From NCBI RefSeq assembly GCF_006345805.1, contig NW_021829203.1, positions 1-6,965 of the forward strand: 6,965 nt of DNA. Direction: 5' to 3'. A program made the translations under genes and the position numbers. Below, one piece after another: positions 1-6,086 of this stretch. The notes under the pieces are model-generated. The model worked only from the letters and a program-made list of their open reading frames with translations, did not search any database and had not been told where the DNA came from. Each line of letters starts with the position of its first letter. Position 1 is the first letter of the stretch. The stretch is from Octopus sinensis. Lineage: Eukaryota.

Positions 1-646
1 CGAAACGATAAAATGCAAAATCGATCTAGGCGGAATTTGAACTCAGAACGTAAAGACGGACAGCCATTTCTGTTATAGACACAAAACTTGACATTGGCTG
101 GAAGGGGTTTAGTCGATTACATCGACCCCAGTATCCAACTGGTACTAATTTTATCGACCTCGAAACGATAAAATGCAAACTCGACCTAGGCAGAATTTGA
201 ACTCAGAACGTAAAGACGGACAACCATTTCTGTTATAGACACAAAGCTTGAAATCAACTGGAAGGGGTTTAGTCGATTGCATCGACCCCAGGATCCAACT
301 GGTACTTATTTTATCGACCTCGAAACGATAAACTGCAAACTCGACCTAGGCGGAATTTGAACTCAGAACGTAAAGACGGACAACCATTTCTGTTATAGAC
401 ACAAAGCTTGAAATCAACTGGAAGGGGTTTAGTCGATTGCATCGACCCCAGTATCCAACTGGTACTAATTTTATCGACCTCGAAACGATAAAATGCAAAC
501 TCGACCTAGGCAGAATTTGAACTCAGAACGTAAAGACGGACAACCATTTCTGTTATAGACACAAAGCTTGAAATCAACTGGAAGGGGTTTAGTCGATTGC
601 ATCGACCCCAGGATCCAACTGGTACTTATTTTATCGACCTCGAAAC
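1..646 (-). repeat. Tandem satellite, 160-bp unit, derived from a headless tRNA-SINE (4 full units visible; probably continues left of the window)
   Basis: CGAAACGA starts recur at 1, 161, 321, 481 and 641. Units 2 and 4 are identical. The minus strand of each unit carries box B (GAGTTCAAATTC), the SINE core and a tail, but no box A. Confidence 0.95.
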
Positions 647-762
647 GAAAGTCGGCCTCGGCAGAATGTGAACTCAGAACGTATGATGGACAAAATACCG
701 CTAAGCATTTTGTCCGACGCGCTGCCGATTGTGCCACCTTTCTGACTTTCCAACCCGCCACA
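647..762 (-). mobile_element. Partial SINE copy (diverged tRNA-like head to start of core)
   Basis: The minus strand contains GGACAAAATGCTTAGCGGTATTTTGTCC...GTTCTGAGTTCACATTCTGCCGAGGCCGACTTT, homologous to the head at 2192-2292. Confidence 0.85.
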
Positions 763-988
763 TTAATAATCCTTTCAACAATAAGCACAAGGCCTGAAAT
801 TTTGTGGGGCGGTGGGAGACTAGTCGATTACATCGACCCCAGTGTTTCACTGGTACTTAATTTATCGACCCTGAAAAATATGAAAGACAAAGTCGACCTC
901 GGCGGAATTCGAACTCAGAACGCAGTGATGGGCGAAATACTGCTAAACATTTCATCCAGCACGGTAACGATTCTGCCAGCTCAACACC
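763..988 (-). mobile_element. Full-length tRNA-derived SINE, tail type B (…CAGGCCTTGTGC…GAAAGGATTATT)
   Basis: The minus strand shows box A-like TGGCAGAATCG, box B GAGTTCGAATTCC, core GGTCGATAAATTAAGTACCAG…GGGGTCGATGTAATCGAC, and a tail ending in ATTATT. Confidence 0.9.
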
Positions 989-989
989 T

Positions 990-1047
990 TAATAATAACA
1001 TCAACAACAACAACAATAATAATAATAGTAATAATAATAATAATAAT
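990..1047. repeat. (AAT/AAC)n microsatellite
   Basis: Seen directly; it produces the poly-Asn run in ORF 568..1212. Confidence 0.97.
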
Positions 1048-1480
1048 CATTGTTGGGGACACAAACCACCTCCAGTGCTTGAAAATGATCACGTCTCACT
1101 CCTCTGGAACATTCAAACTGACAGAAAGATAGATGCAAATAGGCCAGACATTATATTGAAAGACTTCAGACAAAAATCATGCCTCCTCATTGATATGACT
1201 GTTCCAATCTGATATAAACGTATCTGTCAAGAGCTACCAAAAACTGAGCAAGTACAAAGATCTTGAAATAGATATTAGCAAAATCTGGAACCTGAAGATT
1301 AAAACAATACCTGTTGTCATAGGTGCCCTAGGAATGATAGCAAAAGTGGCTGATTGCTACCTAGCTCAGATACCAGGAAACTCCAAAATGGCAGAAATTC
1401 AAAAGATAGTGCTCATGGGAACTGCCCATATCCTACGTAAAATACTGTCTATGTAATCTCAAATTTTAAAACAAACTCAT
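1048..1480 (+). pseudogene. 5'-truncated non-LTR retrotransposon fragment: C-terminal restriction-like endonuclease (RLE) of R4/Dong type, frameshifted
   Basis: 1048-1209 encodes HCWGHKPPPVLENDHVSLLWNIQTDRKIDANRPDIILKDFRQKSCLLIDMTVPI. After a +1 shift, 1211-1456 encodes DINVSVKSYQKLSKYKDLEIDISKIWNLKIKTIPVVIGALGMIAK…IQKIVLMGTAHILRKILSM*. The RPD..D, K..KY..L and PVVIGALG motifs are typical of R2/R4-group RLE domains. Confidence 0.88.
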
Positions 1481-1499
1481 AAAAGAAGAAGAAGAAAAT

Positions 1500-1758
1500 G
1501 TCATTTATGCTTCGAGCATTCTTTCATCGGATAAGAGAAAGGATGGACAGAGAGAACAGAATTGAGGAGGAAAAACAGAAAAGCCAATGAGTTTGAGACG
1601 ACGGAGGAGGAAAGATTTGAGCTGAGGCATGTTGGTAAACCAGAGCGACATGGGATGTGAGACGGAACGTACAGAAGGACAGAAATAGTGAAGACATCGT
1701 ACATTGGTACGATACGAACCATCAACAGTATGCAGTAAGATCCGGAAGGCAAACACCA
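1500..1758 (-). other. Unassigned segment, possibly a degenerate Penelope-like terminal repeat remnant with a decayed hammerhead-like motif
   Basis: Minus strand 1530-1509 reads CCGATGA-AAGAATGCTC-GAAGC, versus the hammerhead core CUGAUGA…GAAAC. It is preceded by a pyrimidine-rich tract. No recognisable protein in any minus-strand frame. Confidence 0.25.
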
Positions 1759-1955
1759 ATGTAATCGACTAGTCTCCCACCACCCCACAAAATTTCAGGC
1801 CTTGTGCCTATAGTTGAAAGGATTATTAATGTGGCGGGTTGGAAAGTCAGAAAGGTGGCACAATCGGCAGCGCGTCGGACAAAATGCTTAGCGGTATTTT
1901 GTCCATCATTACGTTCTGAGTTCGCATTCCGCCGAGGTCGACTTTCCCTTTTATT
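1759..1955 (+). mobile_element. Composite SINE piece (type B tail of one copy followed by the head of the next); inverted copy of 647-833
   Basis: The reverse complement of 1759-1946 aligns to 647-833 with 6 substitutions and 1 indel (manual count). Confidence 0.92.
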
Positions 1956-2141
1956 GCGGATCCGTGGAACAAGCTGCCAGACGAGATGGTGAAGATGCCG
2001 ACGACCGCTTTGTTCAAAGCCTCCCTGGACCTCAAGTGGCCTGAACTCTTTACATGAACACCACCCCGTACTTAACTCCATGTCCCCCTACATGGCCTTG
2101 CTATTTGCTTTTGAGCCAAATTAACTAACTAACTAACTAAC
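1956..2141 (+). mobile_element. 3' end of a CR1/L2-group LINE (ORF2 C-terminus, short 3' UTR, TAAC tail)
   Basis: 1956-2057 encodes ADPWNKLPDEMVKMPTTALFKASLDLKWPELFT*, matching the WNxLP…FKxxLD motif. There is a 3' UTR hairpin CCATGT-CCCCCT-ACATGG at 2078-2095 and a (TAAC)5 tail at 2122-2141. Confidence 0.85.
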
Positions 2142-2191
2142 CAACTTGATAATGACAAAGCTATTTTACTAAATCATTTCATTACTTTTAA

Positions 2192-2791
2192 GGCGGCGAG
2201 CTGGCAGAAACGTTAGCACGCCGGGCGAAATGCTTAGCGGTATTTCGTCAGTCGTTACGTTCTGAGTTCAAATTCCGCCGAGGTCGACTTTGCCTTTCAT
2301 CCTTTCGGGGTCGATAAATTAAGTACCAGTTACGCACTGGGGTCGATGTAATCCACTTAATACCTATGTGTGTCCTTGTTTGTCCCCTCTATGTTTAGCC
2401 CCTTGTGGGCAATAAAGAAATAGGTATTTCGTCTGTCGTTACGTTCTGAGTTCAAATTCCGCCGAGGTCGACTTTGCCTTTCATCCTTCCGGGGTCGATA
2501 AATAAAGTACCAGTTTTGCACTGGGGTCGATGTAATCGACTTAATACCTATGTCTGTCCTTGTTTGTCCCCTCTATGTTTAGCCCCTTGTGGGTAATAAA
2601 GAAATAGGTATTTCGTCTGTCGTTACGTTCTGAGTTCAAATTCCGCCGAGGTCGACTTTGCCTTTCATCCTTTCGGGGTCGATAAATAAAGTACCAGTTA
2701 CGCACTGGGGTCGATGTAATCAACTTAATCCCTTTGTCTGTCCTTGTTTGTCCCCTCTATGTTTCGCCCCTTGTGGGTAGTAACGAATTAT
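2192..2791 (+). mobile_element. tRNA-derived SINE, tail type A: one head plus three tandem 184-bp bodies, flanked by a 16-bp TSD
   Basis: The head is GGCGGCGAGCTGGCAGAAACG. Units start with GGTATTTCGTC at 2239, 2423 and 2607. The TSD ATTTCATTACTTTTAA lies at 2176-2191 and 2792-2807. Confidence 0.95.
2202..2276 (+). promoter_or_regulatory. Internal RNA Pol III type 2 promoter (box A and box B) of the SINE
   Basis: Box A-like TGGCAGAAACG at 2202-2212; box B GAGTTCAAATTCC at 2264-2276. Confidence 0.7.
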
Positions 2792-3189
2792 ATTTCATTA
2801 CTTTTAAAATCCATTGAAATGAAGGCAGCGTTCCTTAACAAAAATAGGGTAACAAAATTTTAAGCATCTTGAATATATTAAATTGCAGAGTATTCAATAA
2901 TAATCATAGAGTTAGTGTATTCATTTCTCTTTCACATTTACATATCCCGCGTCAGTTCACGTTACAATTAGATGCAAAACACTGAATACATTACAGTGCC
3001 TACTTGTGCTCTTTAGGTAGACTTTAGGTAAAGTATTTATTGAGTTTTACGTAGTCTCCAGTTGGTAGATACAACCGATAAAATGCCCACCCATCCTTCA
3101 AAACAGACACTCCACATTGCCTGAGTTACTTGAAACTAATGGCAACAGGGACTAACAAGGTTCCGATAATTGTGGTATAGACAGATGGC

Positions 3190-3389
3190 TGTGTGTGTGT
3201 GTGTGCGTGTCATTGTGTGCGTGTGTTTGTGTGTGATTGTCATTGTGTGTGTGTTTGTGTGTGATTGTCATTGTGTGTGCGTGTGTGTGTGTGCTTGTCA
3301 TTGTGTGTGTTTGTGTGTGCTTGTCATTGTGTGTGTGTTTGTGTGAGCTTGTCATTGTGTGTGTGTGTGTGTGTGTGTGCGTGCGTGCG
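3190..3389. repeat. (TG)n-derived minisatellite, 26-30 bp unit
   Basis: The marker GTCATTG occurs at 3209, 3239, 3267, 3297, 3323 and 3351 within TG runs. Confidence 0.93.
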
Positions 3390-3410
3390 GTGTTAACGTA
3401 CATACCTATG

Positions 3411-3434
3411 CACACACACACACACACACACACA
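3411..3434. repeat. (CA)12 microsatellite
   Basis: Seen directly. Confidence 0.97.
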
Positions 3435-3619
3435 AATTTATACGTGTGTATAAATGATGGATACATTCTTGCGACCATGTGCTAGCATTTAATGAAATGC
3501 GTTTTCTAAACAAATTATTAATTACCGTGCACTGAAAGACATGCACACATGCATACATATATACATACATGCATGCATGCATAGATATAGTCAGCCAGAT
3601 ATATAGATACCTAGGTAAG

Positions 3620-4051
3620 TATATATATATATATATATACATATATATATACATATATATACATATATATATACATATATATACATATATATACATATAT
3701 ATACATATATATATACATATATATATATACATATATATATATATACATATATATACATACATATATATATACATACATATATATATACATATACATATAT
3801 ATATACATATACATATATATATATACATATACATATATATATACATATACATATATATATACATATATATATACATATACATATATACATACATATACAT
3901 ATACATATACATATATATATACATATATATATACATATACATATATTATATACATATACATATAACATATATATACATATACATATATATATATATACAT
4001 ATACATATACATATATGTATATATATATATATACATACAATATATATATAC

Positions 4052-4103
<52 letters not shown>

Positions 4104-4337
4104 ATTATATACATATATATATACATACATACATATACATATATATACATACATACATATACATATATATATACATACATATACATATTTATATATACAT
4201 ATATATATATGTACATACATACATATATATATATATATTATATATATATATATATATACACGTATATACATTTTACGTGTATATGTATACACATATATAT
4301 ATGTATACATATATATATATGTATACACGTATATACA
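3620..4337. repeat. ~720-bp compound (AT)n/(ATAC)/(ATATAC) microsatellite
   Basis: Seen directly; it explains all the Tyr/Ile-rich ORFs. Confidence 0.98.
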
Positions 4338-4459
4338 TTTTTAGCTATATGTCTACATCTACATATGTCTGTATGTCTGTCTGTGTGTCGATCACAAACG
4401 AAAAAAAAAACACTAACCACAAATTTACAAATAAAAAAAAAGTAGCAGAAACTATCCCA

Positions 4460-4583
4460 AAAGCACACAAACAAACAAACAATAAACAACATACACACCG
4501 ATAAACAAACACACGCATATACATACATGCACACTCATACACACACACACACAGATGCGCGCGCACACTCACACACTCACACA
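4460..4583. repeat. Degenerate CA/CAAA-rich low-complexity tract
   Basis: Runs of ACAA, CATA, CACA and CTCA seen directly. Confidence 0.85.
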
Positions 4584-4877
4584 AGCTCCACGTAGATCCG
4601 ACCAGCCGGTAATTGCCATTATGTGAAGAATGAAGAACTTTCTAGAACTCGACTAGGAATGATTCAGAAGGAGATTTTTTTATTCAGATTTTTAAATATT
4701 TGTATATTCTTTTGTTCATTTCTAAATTTATTTATTTTATTATTTTCCTTTTTTTTTTTGGATCTCGTTCATCTTTTGGCTAGAGGTAAATATAAAAACA
4801 CCGAAGAAACTAAACGATAAACTATATAACGTTTTTGGTAAAAGTATTTTGAAAGAATTTGGTAGGAATAAACGCCG

Positions 4878-4955
<78 letters not shown>

Positions 4956-5053
4956 CTATTTATCTATCTATCTAATTAGCTAGCTAACTATTTAGATACC
5001 TCGTTATCTGATCTATCTAGCTAACTGGCTAGTTAGCTACATAGTTACATGAC

Positions 5054-5085
<32 letters not shown>
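4878..5085. repeat. (CTAT)n microsatellite with a degenerate CTAG/CTAA middle
   Basis: Near-pure CTAT at 4878-4974 and (CTAT)8 at 5054-5085. Confidence 0.96.
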
Positions 5086-5733
5086 GGCTTGGGGTCTCCT
5101 TGGAAACAAGGATACCTCCTAAATGACATCAAGTCACACGATTTGGGAATCATAGCCATAAGTGAGACCAGACTCCACGAGCCACGGGCCCTAAAGTCCA
5201 TGTTTGGCGGACAGTTTAACATTTATTTTGCTCCCTGTCTGCCGAGGATGGGCGGTAGTGGCACCACGGTACTTTTTCACAAGAGCCTGGATCTCGAAGT
5301 CAAGACGATATTCGTAGACCCAGAGGGTAGACTGGTCGTTCTGGATGTCGACGGCAGCAATGGGTGCGCTTTTCGACTCGTATCAGTCTACGCACCGCCT
5401 TTAACAGGTCGGCCGGATTTCTTTCGACGTCTAGAAGTATTCCTGGGAACGTCTCGTCCTTTATTTTTAGTGGGGGATTGGAATGCTACCTTGGACACGC
5501 ACCTAGACTATGTGAGGAGAGACAAAAACAGAAGGGGATGCAAATGCCTCAGAGACCTGCTCAGACGATTCCAACTGTCTGACAGGTACCGACTCGACCA
5601 CCCAAATGCACCAATGTGGACATGGAGCAACCGCAGTGGGTCGTCGAGATCGTATCTAGATAGGATACTGTGTAGGACAGTAGACAAGGATAACTTAGGA
5701 TGTCCACAATTCCACACAGTCAGCTACCCGGAT
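5086..5733 (+). mobile_element. L1/Tx1-like LINE ORF2 fragment: apurinic-like (APE/EEP) endonuclease domain, 216 open codons, truncated at both ends
   Basis: Motifs GLGSPWKQ, IIAISETRL, GGSGTTVLF, DPEGR, VYAP, VGDWNA, DRYRLDHP…WTW, SYLDRIL. The fragment ends at SYPD, where the conserved (S/T)DH is expected. No ATG start and no RT follows. Confidence 0.92.
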
Positions 5734-5742
5734 AAAGAAACA

Positions 5743-5815
<73 letters not shown>

Positions 5816-5860
5816 GTTTACCTATCTGCCTGTCTATCTATCTGTTTATCTATCTATCTA
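5743..5860. repeat. (TATC)n microsatellite
   Basis: Pure to ~5815, then degenerate; it produces the YLSI repeat in the ORF track. Confidence 0.97.
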
Positions 5861-6031
5861 ATTCTGTGATACACGATTTCTTTCTTTTTTCTTTCTTTTT
5901 TCCCCCCTCTCGATCCCTTTTGATCGGAATCTTACATTTATTTTCCTTTTTCTTTTCCACCCTTGAAAAGAAAAGCTCTACATTTGTATTTGTCCCCTCT
6001 GTATTTAGCCCTGTGTGGCCAATAAAAGAAA
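5861..6031 (+). mobile_element. Putative LINE 3' UTR/terminus sharing its last ~43 nt with SINE tail type A
   Basis: Pyrimidine-rich tract with hairpins at 5911-5926 and 5948-5974. It ends TTTGTCCCCTCTGTATTTAGCCCTGTGTGGCCAATAAAAGAAA and lacks the SINE core upstream. Confidence 0.6.
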
Positions 6032-6032
6032 G

Positions 6033-6069
6033 TTATCTAACTAACTAAATAGCTAGCTAGCTAGTTAGA
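6033..6069. repeat. Short (CTAA)/(CTAG) simple repeat
   Basis: TTATCTAACTAACTAAATAGCTAGCTAGCTAGTTAG seen directly. Confidence 0.8.
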
Positions 6070-6086
6070 TCCTAAAAGCCTTTATG

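Noticed and set aside
1-646. CRISPR-like array (also considered for 2239-2790 and 6196-6965)
   Set aside because: Units are near-identical along their whole length, with no unique spacers and no cas genes, in a eukaryotic context.
568-1212. 214-aa ORF as a real gene
   Set aside because: It is a chance read-through of antisense SINE sequence, an (AAT)n tract and a retrotransposon fragment; only 1048-1209 is protein-like.
1722-2081. ORFs 471..788, 1501..1788, 1505..1759, 1722..2081, 1804..1992, 1847..2035 and 2541..2723
   Set aside because: They are translations of SINE or unassigned repeat sequence with no protein motifs; their mutual similarity just reflects the inverted repeat.
2093-2101. 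GGCCTTG shared between the CR1/L2 3' UTR and SINE tail type B as partner evidence
   Set aside because: Only 7 nt match, the flanks do not align, and the terminal repeats differ (TAAC versus ATT).
2192-2285. Functional tRNA gene
   Set aside because: Box A and box B are present, but there is no canonical anticodon arm, and the sequence continues into a SINE core and tail within a TSD.
2239-2790. Hammerhead-containing retrozyme as the explanation for the tandem units
   Set aside because: No CTGANGA core on either strand of the units; the nearest matches (GGATGAAAG, AATGATGAAAG) lack the conserved CUGA.
2808-3189. Exon in the unique AT-rich stretch (e.g. CTTTAG GTAGACTTTAG GTAAAG near 3011-3033)
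   Set aside because: No ORF or homology support; splice-like words alone are insufficient.
3355-3434. (TG)n…(CA)n fold-back hairpin
   Set aside because: Complementarity between simple repeats is expected by chance in such microsatellite-dense DNA.
3609-3620. Consensus splice donor AG|GTAAGT within the palindrome TACCTAGGTA
   Set aside because: It sits in degenerate AT/GATA repeat with no credible upstream acceptor or coding exon.
3152-4584. Long Tyr/Ile/Cys/Val/His/Thr-rich ORFs
   Set aside because: These are stop-free translations of dinucleotide microsatellites.
5089-6048. 319-aa ORF as an intact or domesticated endonuclease gene
   Set aside because: It starts at TTG, lacks the N-terminal Asn motif and the catalytic His, and its last ~100 aa are microsatellite and UTR read-through.
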